From: Entomortierella parvispora E1425
Lineage: Eukaryota; Fungi; Mortierellomycota
DNA length: 64,000 nucleotides
Direction of reading: 5' to 3'
Assembly (NCBI GenBank): GCA_020891255.1
Contig: BQFW01000001.1
Location: 2,542,001-2,606,000 of the forward strand
The first letter of the stretch is position 1, and the number at the start of each line of letters is the position of its first letter. Below, piece by piece: positions 1 to 13,500 of the stretch. Made by a program: the position numbers and the translations under genes. Under the pieces are notes generated by a model. That model saw nothing but the letters and a program-made list of their open reading frames with translations, had not been told where the DNA came from and did not search any database.

Positions 1-459
1 AGGAGCGCGGGTTCACCTGCCGGGCTACATAACTAGCGATGAAGGAGAAAAGGAATACGGGTTGACATGGAAGCATTCCCTCCTCATCGTCAGCAGTTGG
101 TACAAAAGTCAGATAGACTGGCGAACAGCGGGGCCTGCAGCAAGAGTAAGGAGCGGCAAGTCGTTCTGTCAGTGCACAGGGGTGATTTTGCCTGTCTCTG
201 TCCTTGGAGCCATGAAGACGGACCGATCTTCGCAAAGCATTGATTCCCTTTTCCAGGTTCGTACTGCACATGTGTTGAACGTCTTGCCCGATCGAAGACC
301 CGATCTGTGTCGAGATCAAGCGATCTTTATAACTTTTTTTTTTCTTATATAAGCAGTGTCATCTTCGCCATGCATTCTTCTTTTTCACCATCATCTCTCA
401 ATATCAGCGACTTCCTCTTTTCTCTTCAAACCATCAACACCGCACACACACATCCCAAA

Positions 460-1667
460 ATGATGTCTACCTTCAAGCCCAGCGAAGATCACTCTGTCAC
501 TTTCACAGGTTGGGCCTCGACCGGCACTCCCAACTTGAAGCCGTGGGGCTACCATCCTCGCCCCTTGGGACCCAAGGATGTCGAGATTGAGATCTCTCAC
601 TGCGGTATCTGCGGTACTGATATCCACTGCATTACCGGAGCTTTTGGCGCCCTCCCAGAGCCTGAAATTGTTGGACACGAGATTGTTGGCAAGATCGTCG
701 CTGCTGGAGCTGAATTCCAAAACAGGATCGGCGAGCATGTCGGTGTCGGCGCTGTGGTTGATGCCTGTGGAGATTGCAAAGACTGCACGGCACGCAATGA
801 GCAGCTTTGCTCCAAGAAATCCTTCATCTTTAACGACACATTCAAGGATGGACACGGAGGCAAGACCTACGGAGGGTTCGCTGATCGTGTCCGCGTCCAT
901 GGTGATTTTGTCTACAAGATTCCAGAGAACATTTCTCTTGCTGAAGGTAAAGCACACTATAGTATGATAGAAATGGAGCGCTTTCTCTTTCTCGTTGTCG
1001 TGTTCCTCTCATTGGAGGAGACCACTCTCAATTTTGGTCACTGACATTAACTTGCTCATTCTTTGCAGCCGCTCCTCTTCTCTGTGCTGGTGTTACCACC
1101 TTCGCTCCTCTGATCCAACATCAAGCTGGTCCTGGAAAGAGCATCGGTGTCATTGGTATCGGCGGATTGGGACACATGGCCATCCAGTGGGCCGCTGCCA
1201 TGAAATGTGATGAGGTCGTTGCCATCTCGAGCAGCGACAGCAAACGCGAAGAATCCAAGAAGTTGGGCGCCACCAAGTTTATCGACTCCAAGAACCCCGA
1301 GGATATGAAGGCCGCTGCTCAGTCCATGGATATCATTCTCTGCACTTCCTTTGCCAAGGATGCCGACTGGGCTGCTTTGTTGAACCTTGTTGCCAACAAC
1401 GGCAAGATGGTTCTTTTGGGTCTCCCTGAGGCTCCCCTCTCAATTGAGGCCGGTGCTTTCGTTTTCCGTCAGGTCTCCATGGTCGGCTCCCTGATCGGTG
1501 GCAAAAAAATGACTGGTGATATGCTGGACTTTGCTGCTAAGCACAACATTCGTCCATGGATCGAGACGATGCCTATGAGTGATTGCAACGCAGCTGTGAA
1601 GCACGTTATGGAGGGTCGTCCCCGTTATCGTGTTGTTATGGAGACTGGAGCTGCTGTGAGGGCTTAA
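460..1667 (+). CDS. Zinc-dependent medium-chain alcohol dehydrogenase (cinnamyl-ADH/Adh6-like, probably NADP-preferring); exons 460-946, 1069-1667
   Basis: Motifs CGICGTDIH, GHEIVG, structural-zinc CGDCKDC...C and VIGIGGLG. Splicing the GT..AG intron 947-1068 restores EAAPLLCAGVTT. Confidence 0.93.
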
Positions 1668-2239
1668 ATAACAAAAAGAACACACTATCGTATGTACAAG
1701 GATATACCTGAACGTGAGCACCCAGACCCAAGTGTTGTTGGTCTGCACACAAAATCAAATACAGCAAACCCAGTTTGAATGACATCATGGCAATCTTCCT
1801 TTTGGTGCAAGTGCTTCAAAACGTTCAATCAAAGTCCGAGGATTGAAGGGAGATAAGATCTGGTTATCTGTGGAGGAGGACGACCACAGCCGAGCAAGTC
1901 ATTGAGCCGTGTTTGCAATTGATCCACGGGCATCTTTTGGGGCAGTGATGGCAGTGCATGTACTGCACCGGTGAGAGCGGGTGCTAGTGCCAGTGCCAGT
2001 ACGCACTATTGCACTACCGACAAGAGACAAAGAGAGAGAGAAAGAAAGAACCCCAAAGAACGTCCAAGAGAGACGGCCGAGGGTGTCTCACACCGTGTTC
2101 GGTGTTGATTTTTTTTTCTGCCTCAGCTCAGTTCGCGCGACTGTTTTTTCGCCTTTATCTCTTGACGGCGTTTTTTTTGCGTTTCTCTCTCTTTCTTCTT
2201 CATCCTCCCTTTCCCCCTTCAGACTATACCTATACCATC

Positions 2240-4734
2240 ATGATCGACGACAGCATCAAGACCAACTTGGAGTGGACCTCGTCCCTCGACATCGACTACC
2301 AGCCCGTCAACACCCGCAAGACCTCCATCATCTGCACCATTGGTAAAAATCCTTCACCACTCCCCCTGCGTCTTCCTTCCTGCCTGGCGTCGTGTCTGCT
2401 CTTCTCCTCGGACAGGAACGACACGCGCCAAAGAGGGCCACATTTGCGCTAGACTTGCACCATGGCTTGCATCAGACTTTGACTAGACTTGCATCTCTTC
2501 AGAGGAGACTAAAGGACTTTCACATTCTCCTTTCGGATCAGCGGCTGTCCTCGCAAAGCTAGTTTAAACCGCTGCACCATACTGACCGCTTGACTCTCTT
2601 TCTTCATCCACCTATAGGCCCCAAGACCAACTCCGTTGAGATGCTCAGCAAGCTTCGTGATGCTGGCATGAACATCGTTCGCATGGTGAGTTTCCAGGAT
2701 ACTCTCTTGACTAGATCGAAGCATCGCCAACTTGTCTGACGGAAGAGACGTCCTTGACAAAGAAAAATTCTATCTCTCAGTCTGTCTCGGACTTAACACG
2801 GACTTGCTTTCAAGGATGACTTCAACCTTTTCTCGCTATCGCCCACTCTACCGGGCGTTGTTACGTTTGGACCTCGTTTTGCTGACCCCTTTTGTTTATT
2901 TTCTCGATAGAACTTCTCCCACGGATCATACGAGTACCACCAGTCTGTCATTGACAACACCCGCCAGAGCTGCATCGGTAAGGACACGTTGACATCTGTT
3001 TCCTCCTCTCTCCAGTTTGAATCGGTAGTTGGCTTTACAAAGGTGACCCTGGGGCGTCGGCGTTTCTCTGCTTTTCTGCCCTTATCTTTTTTTTTGTTGG
3101 ATCAGCAGACAGAAAAGTAAGGGGAGCAAAGTTCGGACTGGACTGCTCACTTTTGAAATTAATTGCCCGCTCGTCTCGTCACCCCAACCCTGCATGGGAG
3201 TTTCCGTGCGTGGGATGAGAAACTTGGTGCAACTCTACTTCGGGGGAGGCAAGGTCGTGGGAGAAGAGAAAGAGAGCTGGTGTAAATGACCAAGATCATG
3301 AAGACTAAACAACCACACGGTATATTCCGAATCACTTTTATTCCTTCTAGAGCACCCTGGACGCCCCGTTGGAATCGCCTTGGACACTAAGGGCCCCGAG
3401 ATCCGCACTGGATTGATGAAGGACGATATTGAGGTCCCCGTCTTGGCTGGTCACAAGATGATCATCACCACCGATGACAAATACGCTGAGGCTTGCACTG
3501 GCGATATCATGTATGTCGACTACAAGAACTTGACCAAGGTCATTGTTCCTGGAAAGATCATCTATGTCGATGATGGCGTCCTCTCCTTCAGGGTTTTGAC
3601 CGTTGAGGCTGATCATGTTACCGTCGAGACCTTGAACAACGGCAAGATCTGCTCCCGTAAGGGTGTCAACTTGCCCAAGACCGCCGTCGATCTCCCTGCT
3701 CTCTCGGAGAAGGACAAGAGGGATCTTCAGTTTGGTGTCAAGAACAATGTCGACATTGTCTTTGCCTCATTTATCCGTCGTGCCGAGGATGTCAAGGAGA
3801 TCCGCAGGGTTCTCGGAGAGGAGGGAAAGCACATCAAGATCATCTCCAAGATCGAGAACCACCAGGGTGTCCTCAACTTTGACGAGATCTTGGCGGAGAC
3901 TGACGGTGTCATGGTCGCCCGTGGTGATCTCGGTATTGAGATTCCCTGCGCCCAGGTCTTCATTGCCCAGAAGATGATGATCTCCAAGTGCAACTTGGCC
4001 GGCAAGCCCGTTATCTGCGCCACCCAGATGCTCGAGTCCATGACCGTAAGCTTTTCTACTGTTCTTGTAATTTGTACTGAAGCGGTCATTCATTTGTTTT
4101 CCCATCTGACTGACTGAAATGACTGTATGTCTGCTCTCTTTTTTAGTACAACCCTCGCCCCACTCGTGCTGAGGTCTCTGATGTTGCCAACGCTGTTTTG
4201 GATGGTGCTGATTGCGTGATGTTGTCCGGAGAGACCGCCAAGGGATCCTACCCTCTCGAGGCTGTCCGCACCATGGACGAGACCTGCATCTTGGCCGAGA
4301 GTGCCATCTGCTACCCTCCATTGTTCAACGAGCTCCGTCAGCTCCAGAAGCGCCCCACCGAGACCGCCGAGACTGTTGCCTCCTCTGCCGTCTCTGCCGC
4401 TCACGAGCAGGATGCTGGAGCCATTGTTGTCCTTTCGACCTCCGGTGATACCGCCCGCATGGTCTCCAAGTACAGACCCAAGGCCAACATCATCATTGTC
4501 ACCCGCAAGGAGTCGACTGCTCGCAACATTCACTTGTCCAGAGGCTGCTACCCCTTCATCTATAGGGAGCCCAAGGTCGCTGATTGGCAGGAGGATGTCG
4601 ACGCTAGATTGAGATGGGGCATGGACCAGGCCATTGAGGTCGGTTTGTTGAAGGCTGGTCAGACCGTCATTGTCATCCAGGGTTTCCGCTCTGGATATGG
4701 AAACACCAACACCATGCGTATTGTCGTTGCTTAA
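2240..4734 (+). CDS. PYK1: Pyruvate kinase; exons 2240-2342, 2618-2685, 2911-2977, 3351-4045, 4147-4734
   Basis: Spliced translation gives [95 protein letters not shown] and a C-terminal NTNTMRIV. Confidence 0.98.
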
Positions 4735-5072
4735 AAATGCGCCTGGTTTTCTGTTTTTTTGTTCTTTTTTGTTTGTTGTTGTCCATAGAGTCTACAATCA
4801 CGACACCCCCCCCCCCAATTTTGTATAGTTATTTTTTTTCTCCATCGTGTCCACGCCTCTTGGTTTGGTCGTCTCTTGGGAATAAAACATCCACATAGAA
4901 CCCTTCATTGGTGCCACTACAGTTTACTATAAGTGTGATTAGAACAGAATGTTGCCCAGGAGAAGTCTGCAAAGCCAACACTATGGCTTATCTGGCAAAG
5001 GATGTTTTTTGCAAAGACACACAGAATAACCGGAGGCGCAGGAGGAGTTCCGAAAGAACGACAGGAAGCTAC

Positions 5073-6563
5073 TCATAGTTTCTTCTCTTCAGATAAGGCC
5101 TGTAGCTGTTTCGTGAGGGCCTGCCTTGGGGGGTCTACTAGATTGGGCCAGTTCTCTAGAGCCCATCGGAGCTCTTCCTGTCCATAGTTTAGAAGGGTAT
5201 CATCTAAGCACTGCAGTCTTCGTAGACTCTTCAATTGGTCAAGACCGCAACTGAGCTTCCACGGAAATAGAGTCTCACCCATGCGAGGAGTAACGGTTTT
5301 CCATGTCTTCAATTTCTTCAGTTGGCTGATCTGGCGCAAGAAATCTTGCACCGACTTTGTTGAGAGGTCTCCAGAAGGAACCCGGAAGGGTAGCGCAAGG
5401 ACCTCCAGATCAACACAAACCCAGGGACGTGATTCCCCTTCAAGATGACTTTCATAAAGGTTCGTTGCTTTGAAGACTTTCAAGCTGGGGAGACAGCACA
5501 GCATCGTCACCACAGTGAATCCAGGCAAATCATAGCAGCCTTTGAGATTCAAGTCCACCAACGTCTCCAGATGACAAGGCTTTGCCTGTAACTTTTCCCA
5601 TGAGCCAGGTCCGAATGTGGTCCTGCTCAGATCCAGTCTCGTCAATCGGCGAATACACTTTAACAAGTCTTCGAAGTCTTGGTTATCAAAGGGGTTGAAA
5701 GGCAGGCTCACATCCTCCAGTCTTGAATGTCGCCCCGCCAGAAGGATGTTCACCAGCGCTCGCATCAGCGTCGGGCGTTCCCGTCCGTAACATCTAGAGT
5801 GCCATTTCAACCGAACCAGATCCGGGCAATCCTCCACAATCCACACCTGCAGTCCCTTCAACCTCTCACGATGGCCATGGATGGCGGGGGCAAGAGTGAG
5901 ATCCTGGATCCGATTGGGTCCGGAGAAAGCCTGGCGCCACTCCTCCGCCATTTTCAAGGTCAAAACTTCAGACGTCTGCTTAAAAATATACGGCCCATGC
6001 AAAACAAAGGTTCGAAGCTGCGATCGCAACTTTTGGTAGGGTTGGATCCACTGTGACACGCAACTGACCTCTAGCCTACTCGAAAAGGCCAGCGTCTCCA
6101 ATCTCGGACAATCCGACAGAATCTCAAAGACTCGTCCACCTGTTTGGATAGTTATGGTCACGTTCCTCAGCGTTGCACGGTATCTCTGAATGATATCGGC
6201 ATATAATGAATCGTACATCTCCTTCGTTCTGTCAACGTCGGGTCCAACGATGGTGAGATCGGTCAGATGTGGATAGGTAACGGCCATTAAGGGATGCGAA
6301 GCCAATCTATACCAGAAGACCAGCTTGCGGGTAAAGGAAGCATTCGTCAGTGCATCTTCCGGTGGTGGTGAAGCTACGGCATCCATGATTACTTCAATCT
6401 CTGTCCAAAGATGAGGCTTCAACGTGAAGTGCCAAAGCTGACAAACTTGTAGACACTGGGCCACTGCATGGCGGGGTAGGAACCGGCCCACAGAGAAGAG
6501 GATCTCGGGTATGGCGAGAGCGTTCTTGCTTGTTATTCTCGGCTGGTCAGGCTGCATCTGCAT
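5073..6563 (-). CDS. Intronless F-box-like / leucine-rich-repeat (RNI-like) protein, about 496 aa
   Basis: N-terminal ALAIPEILFSVGRFL...CLQVCQLWHFTLKPHLW F-box-like motif, LRR-like segments (LTRLDLSRT, LVDLNLKGC), and a PWVCVDLEVL / CGLDQLKSL tail shared with other paralogs here. The likely start is MQMQP at 6563, not the upstream in-frame start of the ORF track. Confidence 0.8.
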   Translation of the reverse strand: MQMQPDQPRITSKNALAIPEILFSVGRFLPRHAVAQCLQVCQLWHFTLKPHLWTEIEVIMDAVASPPPEDALTNASFTRKLVFWYRLASHPLMAVTYPHLTDLTIVGPDVDRTKEMYDSLYADIIQRYRATLRNVTITIQTGGRVFEILSDCPRLETLAFSSRLEVSCVSQWIQPYQKLRSQLRTFVLHGPYIFKQTSEVLTLKMAEEWRQAFSGPNRIQDLTLAPAIHGHRERLKGLQVWIVEDCPDLVRLKWHSRCYGRERPTLMRALVNILLAGRHSRLEDVSLPFNPFDNQDFEDLLKCIRRLTRLDLSRTTFGPGSWEKLQAKPCHLETLVDLNLKGCYDLPGFTVVTMLCCLPSLKVFKATNLYESHLEGESRPWVCVDLEVLALPFRVPSGDLSTKSVQDFLRQISQLKKLKTWKTVTPRMGETLFPWKLSCGLDQLKSLRRLQCLDDTLLNYGQEELRWALENWPNLVDPPRQALTKQLQALSEEKKL

Positions 6564-8792
6564 CGGGATGGAGGTCAAAGTTGAATGATGCAAAGGAAAT
6601 GTGAATGCAAATGAATGGAACAAATGAACTTCGCCATTCACCCCCTCGCAAACAACATTTTTCAGGGCCACTATACGGTTCCAGATCAAAAAAAAAAAAA
6701 GTTGTGGGAAAGGGACCATGGTCCGATTGCAGGAGATTAACCTCGTGTATCTAGTCACTGCTTTGTACACAGGCCAAAGGTGAGATATCAAAGGCAGTAA
6801 CAAGCCTGACGCGTAACCAGACGTTATACCCTTGGCGCCAACAGAAGCGGCCCCCCACACACCACACCTGATACTAGACTAATAGAGAAGAAGGACCATC
6901 CTGGAACACGAGCAGGGTTCGAAAGGCGCTGTTCAAGTTGATCGAGCGCGACAACGGAGCGCAGGGACCAGCAAAGGGGCCTGGACCTTGACGCAGACCG
7001 CTGTGGAGCAAGTCGCCAAATTTCTTGGTGGTGGGCTCGCGCCAAATGTCCTGAGCTTGACGCGAAATGGAAGAGGTGAAAGGATGACAAAGCGTTGTCA
7101 CGATCTGGTGTCAACTGGGTTGCGACTCGAGAGGACAATGATCCCCCACCTCCCACCTCCCACCTCCCATCCACATGCAGAAAATAAAGTCTTGCCAAGT
7201 CGTGCACTCCACGCTCTGGGATTGTAAACAGGCCAGTCGAGCGGTTTTTGGTTGCTTGGACTGCTACTCTCAAACTTCTTGAAGACTATCGCAATGTTTT
7301 CTGAACCGACTTTGGTCGATCACAGTTGAAACAATGCTTCTATTTCCTTTGCTCCCTTGCATCCTGGGTATTAACATGGGCTGTGTAAGCCGTAACACCG
7401 TGCATGGTCTGTCTATGAATGGACATTCAAGAGGTTTGAATTCGAACAGGGCAACCTTGTCTCAGGACCCACACCTGTACAGGTGGATGAAAAGACATAT
7501 GGGGCAGTGTTGTGCCCTGCTCCGTTCATGGAGCCCCAGCAAGACTAAAGAGTTGTTGTAAAAAATAAGAAGTCGGTGCTCGGACAAAGGGCCCAAAGCA
7601 TGCAATATTGCAATCAGTGATTGGTAGTTACCAGTTTGTATCGTCATCGCTTCGTAGCATTGGGTTCCCGGACTGTCAGGTTATTGCTCATAGAGGAGCG
7701 CTCTTCTTTGATCCTTGGATGTCGGTATCAAAGGGTGCCAGTGTTTCGAGTGCGCCTGCAAGCTTCTTCTTGCTCTCTGTGGCAAACTTTGGCGTTCATT
7801 TCCCAGTGTGTGAGGCCTTGTGCAAGCCATGGATGTTCCTCACTCTCGCGAGACCACCCATCAAACATGTTGAATACCTTCAGTAGGTCGCAATGCTTAG
7901 GTCCCACGGTCGGCCATTCTGAGGTGATTGTCTGTATATTTCTTACGAACGTACTAGAGACCATTCTGTCTGTTAAAGGTTAGTTCAAGGCTGTTCCAAC
8001 AATAACTGAGACTTCATCCGGGTGTGGTGAAAGCACGCTATAGTTTTTGTCAAGGACTTACACTGCTGGAAACCCCCCGAAAGTAATGCACGGAAAGGCC
8101 ACATATATAATTGAGGAGATATCAACACAATGCCCAAAAAAAAAAAGGTGCTTGGACTATGTGAGGTGGGATTCTACATTGACGTGGGCAGAGAGCAGAG
8201 GGAGATCTGCTGTGCTTCGATTGAGCACGTGCACCTGATTTTTTTTTGCCCTGGCCTGGTCCACGGTCGCGTTCCTGTATCGCTGCCACACCTCTCCTAG
8301 AAAGTCGCCCACCATGTCCTCTTCAGTGTCGAACGTTTGACCTCAGCTGAAAGACGCAATGCCAACCCTTGAATATTACGCGAGTCGTACTGCTGCTTGT
8401 GGTCCACATCCATTTTTTTTTATTCCCCGACAGCTATTGTACGAGCCAGGAGGAATGATGTTCGTTCGTCGGTAGGTTTGCAACAAATAAACTGGAATGA
8501 TGGACAGCCTGTTCAAAAAAAAGCAACGAACCAACCAAAAGCCAAGGCTAGTGGGGGGGCCCTTTTCCTTTCGCGAAAGACTAAAAAAACCACGCCTCTA
8601 TTTTTTTTTTCGGTTCATCATGGAACAATCTGTCGTGGGAAGGAGACAAGAGAGAAGGAGGAGGGAAGGGGTGTGTGAAGATCTCGGTGACATACAAAAA
8701 GGGAGTATAAAGTTATCCCTTCTTTCTCCACCTCACCTTTTTCTACCCTCACTTCTCCACAATACCTCTCCCATCTTTGAGATAATCACAAA

Positions 8793-10389
8793 ATGAAGCT
8801 CCCTGCCATCATTCTCCTCTCCAGCGTCGCTCTCGCTTTGGTGGTGCAGGCCGAGAAAACCCCAGAGACTGCCCAAAATACTGAATCTCCCAAAGAATAC
8901 CCCGTCGGCAAAGGCATCGTCTACACAAAGACTAGCTTCTTCAACAAACAACGCAACGAGCAAGATGATGTCTCTTCTACCCTCTCCGTCAAGGACGAGG
9001 TGAAGAAAGTCAAGGAAAAGAAGGACAAGTCAAAGACGCTCTCCGACTTTGCAGCCGATTTGTTGGGCATCGATCTGGACATTGATATCGGAGGAGATGG
9101 TAAAAAGAAAAAGAAGAACAAGGACCGTGGTAGCTACGGTCCTGATTCGCCTGGATACGCCTGGAGGAACTTGCCTCTTTATGGAGACGATGGCTATGTT
9201 CCTCGACCTCTTCCTGATGGCTGTGACCAGCTACCATTCCGTGATCAAATGGTAAAGAACCATGCACCCTTTTTTTTTTTGTTTTTTTTTTTTGTTTGCG
9301 CTGTCATTTATGAGAAGTGGGTGGGTGCATTGCAAGAAATTTAATCTGCCCCTTTCCCTCTCTTGACTGCCTCGGTATTAGGTCTGGGATCAGCAAGGAG
9401 ATATAGGTGCAGATGGTGCCAAGCCTCACAGTAGTGGCACGGACGATAGCAAGAAGAGAAACGACGTTGCTCCAGTTGTTGAGACTTCGACAACGGATGA
9501 GGACACCAAGAAAGTGACCGACGACAAGAATGTCGACTCTCCTGTTGTTCCTGAAGATAGGACTGTAGATGCTCCGGATGTCCCTGAGGACAAGCAAGTC
9601 GACACTCCTGTGGTTCCTGAAGATAAGAAAGTGGATACCCCCATTGTTCCTGAAGACGAGAAGATCGACACCCCCATTGATCCTGAAGACAAGAAGGTCG
9701 ACACCCCTGTTGTCGCTGAAGACAAGAAGATCGACACCCCCATTGATCCTGAAGACAGGAAGGTCGACACCCCCATTGTCCCTGAAGACAAGAAGGTCGA
9801 CACCCCCATTGTCCCTGAAGACAAGAAGGTCGACACCCCCATTGTCCCTGAAGACAAGAAGGTCGACACCCCTGTTGTCGCTGAAGAGAAGAAGATCGAC
9901 ACCCCCATTGTCCCTGAAGACAAGAAGACCGATACCCCTGTTGTCCCAGAAGACAAGAAAATCGATACCCCGATTGTTCCGGAAGACAACAAGGATGACA
10001 CAACCATCCTAGAGGACAAGAAGGATGACAAGAAGATTGACGAGGACACGACCGTGACCAACGACAAGAACGTTGAAGACAAGGAGGACACCACTGTCTC
10101 CGTTCAAGATGACAAGGAGGGCGAAGGCAAGACAAAGGAGGAGGTCATTGATCCATCCAAGCTCGAGACGGACGACAACGTCTCTACAGACCGTATCTGT
10201 ATCTTGGGCATTTGCATCGGAGGCAAGCACGACGATGATGATGATGACGACGACGACGACGATGACGACGACAAGTCAAAGCCCCACCCGATTGCGCACA
10301 AGCAAAAGAAGTTCCTTCGTCAATTCCGCGGAAAGAGCCTCTTCCTCGATCGCGAGAATGGATGCCCCATTCCTGGCACGTCCCATTAA
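8793..10389 (+). CDS. Secreted acidic tandem-repeat protein of unknown function; exons 8793-9251, 9382-10389
   Basis: Signal-peptide-like MKLPAIILLSSVALALVVQA. The GT..AG intron 9252-9381 joins the N-terminus in frame to the repeat ORF. Confidence 0.75.
9532..9993 (+). repeat. Coding minisatellite: 14 x 33-nt units encoding (V/I)DTP(I/V)VPEDKK
   Basis: Directly visible repeats such as gtcgacacccccattgtccctgaagacaagaag; 14 units counted in the translation. Confidence 0.95.
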
Positions 10390-10584
10390 ATTCCTACTAA
10401 ATCCTTGACTGTCCGAACCTCACAATGAATAAACAGATACCCCCTCGTTCCTATGAACGGATTCTACAATGAAAAATGCTCGATGCGCTTTTTTATGAAA
10501 AAGTGATATGTAACGTAAATGAATGCTGTGAGGAATACAAAAGGATGGAGGGAAAATGGTAATAGGACAATGGACGACATATGT

Positions 10585-13500
10585 CTACTTGAATGGCGCC
10601 GTAAGAGGGTCGATAATCTTGCCCAACTTTGTAGTGATCCTTGGCAAAGTCATCTTCTGGAAGGTAGCGTTGGTGTTCCACTCCTTTCCAACGGGCGCCC
10701 TCAAGCTGGCCTCGTATTGAGCCCAAGTCTTGAAGGGGTGAGGGATCTGAGTAACAGCGTAAGCAGCCGCCTTCTTGTCGCGCTTCTCGTTGATGATGAC
10801 ATGTGCCAACTTGGCGTCCTTGCGCTTGTTGACTTCCACACCATCGCCAGGCTGCGCCTTCTTGACAACAATGTTCTTCTTCTTCTTCGCTCCCTTGCCT
10901 CCCCATGAGCCCTATTTGAGAAATCATAAGAAAAAAATGATTAGGAGACCGTTGGAACAAATAAATCAAATTCATAGAAAGACCCAAATTCCAACTTACC
11001 CATCCAGGAAGAGTCAAGTCAACATCCTTGGGCTTTTCGGCCTCGGCCACCTCCATCTTCTCCTTCTCAAACTCAGAGACAACATTATCGTTGGCGAAAG
11101 CACGGGCAACCAATTCGCGCTGAGAAAGACCAGCGGCAGTCTTGGCGTGGGCCATCACTGGCTCAGGCTCGGAATCGTCGGAATCATCGCCGTCATCGGC
11201 ATGGTCTTCTGTTGATTCCGTTGCTGCTCCTGAGGATTCTTTTGATGCTGCCTTGGTCTTCTTGGCTGACGGTACTGGTGCTGCGGCCTCACTCTTGTTA
11301 AGTCCACGCTCCAATTGGCTGTCCTTGCTCAAGGTCAAGAACGAGCTGGTATCAATCTGGACATCATCATCCTCAGCGGCCTGGCCGGCCTTTTGCTTCT
11401 TGATCTTGGCCTGCAACTTCTCCACCTTGTTGCTGTCCTTGCTAATGTCCTTATCGCCCTTGCGAGCAATCTTGCCCTGACCATGCTTATCAGTCTTCAA
11501 CCAGGGGTTGGAGGTGCCATCATCCGAATCATCATCATTCTGTGTTGAAGGCTTGCCTCCAGCAATCTTGACACTGACGGGTCCTGCAACCTTGGTGGTG
11601 TGACCTCCAGAAAGAGCAACTTTGTTGATCTGACCGCCGCTGTTCATCTTGACTGCCTTCTCCGATCCCTTGGTCTCGACAAGAGCAGAGTCTGCTGAGG
11701 CATTGCCAAAGACCATTCTGCCGCCGGCACCAATAACAGTTCCAGCCTCGGGAGCAGCCGCCTTCTTGCCCTTCTTGCCTCCCTTGGATACTGCCTGCCA
11801 TTCGTCCTCGCTCGACTGGGCCATCATCTCTGCTTCCTCCATCATCTCCTTGCGGAACTCCTCAGCAGCTGCCTGAGCCTGCATCTTGCTGCGCTTGGCG
11901 GCGTCCTGCATAAACTTCATGGCGAAAACACCCTTGCCAACCTTGGCCTCCATGGCGGCATCCTCGGCCTTGGCAAGTTGTGCTTCAACCTGAGCCAGCT
12001 CATCGAAAGCACGGGCCTTGACGCCCTCAATATCGTCGTCGTCCAAATCACTGTACTCGCTCTCTCCTCCAGACTGCTCCTCATCCGAGTTGACATCCTG
12101 GATCTTGCGACGGAGACGGTCACCACGCTCAATCTGTTCCGTGATAGCCTGACGGGATTCGGGGTCAAAGTTGCCGTGCTTGAGCTGATCCTTGGCCCAC
12201 TTGCCAGTGTTCTTGTGCTTCAGAGTCATACGTTCCTGAGCACGCTGCATCTCAGCATTCATACGCTCCTCATGAGCCTGTTGGGGATCCAATTCCCTCA
12301 TCTCCTCGGCAGTTAGTGCGTTGCGTTCGCGCTCCTTTTTCTTGATCTTGCGGTACAACTTGGACTTGATCTTGGAGACACGCTTGGCACGGATCTCATC
12401 TCTGAACATCAAGTCACGCATCATACGGAGTTCTTGACGACGCTTCTCGACTTCCTCGGTGGTCATCTTGTTCAAGGCCAATTCCTCAAACTCCATGAGC
12501 TTTCTCTCCTGCATGCCTCCCTCAACCAAAACACTCTCAACCTCCTTCTCCAACTGTGTGGTGACATCGAATCGGCTGGCAAGAGCTGCGCTAGAGGTAC
12601 CCTCTGCAGGCTCAACGTTCATGGGGAAGGCAAGATGCTCAGCCTGACGGTTCTGCTGGACAATGGGCAACCACTTGGTGACCTCCTTCTTGGCTTCATC
12701 GTAAGCAGCCTGACGGTTGAGACGATCCTGAACAATCTTTGGCAAAGGAGCAGCCAAAGTCTCGACGACCTTGCCCTTCTTATTGCCACTCTCCAATGCC
12801 TGAACGTTCTTCTTCAAGGAACCGAATCCAGCCTCGTCCTGAACGGAGCTGACGAGATCAAAGATATCGAGCTTCTTCTTGGTAGAGCCAGTCAAGGAGT
12901 GGGCGGCGGAGGAGCGATGGGCCTGGAGGTTGTATTCCGACTCATCGTAGGCCTCAGTTCTCTCACGAAGGTTCTTGCGAGCCTTCTTGGAGCCAGAGTC
13001 AGCACCGTTGTCCTGCTTGCGCTTCTTGACAGTAGTCTCCAAAGAATCGATAAAGCTGGTCAAGTTGGATCCCTTGCTCTCATCGTCCTCGTCCTCGTCC
13101 TCGTCCTCATCGGCTTCCATGTCCTCGTCTTCTTCCTCATCCTCTTCTTCGTCCTCTTCCTCTTCTTCATCATCATCGCCACCAAACTTGAAGTCCTCGC
13201 CTTCGCTGTCAGTGTCGTTAAAGCCGGGGACCTTGGCCTTCTTGGGGAGAACAACCTCCTCCTCCTCGGGCTGGTTCAACATGTCCGAAATATCCATGTA
13301 TTCTGCGCCCTCTTCTTCCTCGGACTCTTCCTCAGACTCTTCGCTTTCCTCTGCCATCATGTCATCCTCCGAGTCAGCCTTCTTGCCCTTGCCCTAATAC
13401 ATTGTGGTTCAAATAAAAGTTTAGTCGTCCATCGTATTCATGCATAGTTATAATAACGCAAAGGATTTCCTGTTTTTTTCTTCTTTTTTACCTTGCCCTC

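Noticed and set aside
9341-10230. Overlapping and antisense ORFs over the 33-bp repeat
   Set aside because: By-products of a stop-free tandem repeat; only one frame joins the signal-peptide exon.
10519-13447. Several long plus-strand ORFs opposite UTP14 (likewise opposite PYK1, the monooxygenases and the Pil1-like gene)
   Set aside because: Antisense shadows of codon-biased genes with no recognisable motifs.
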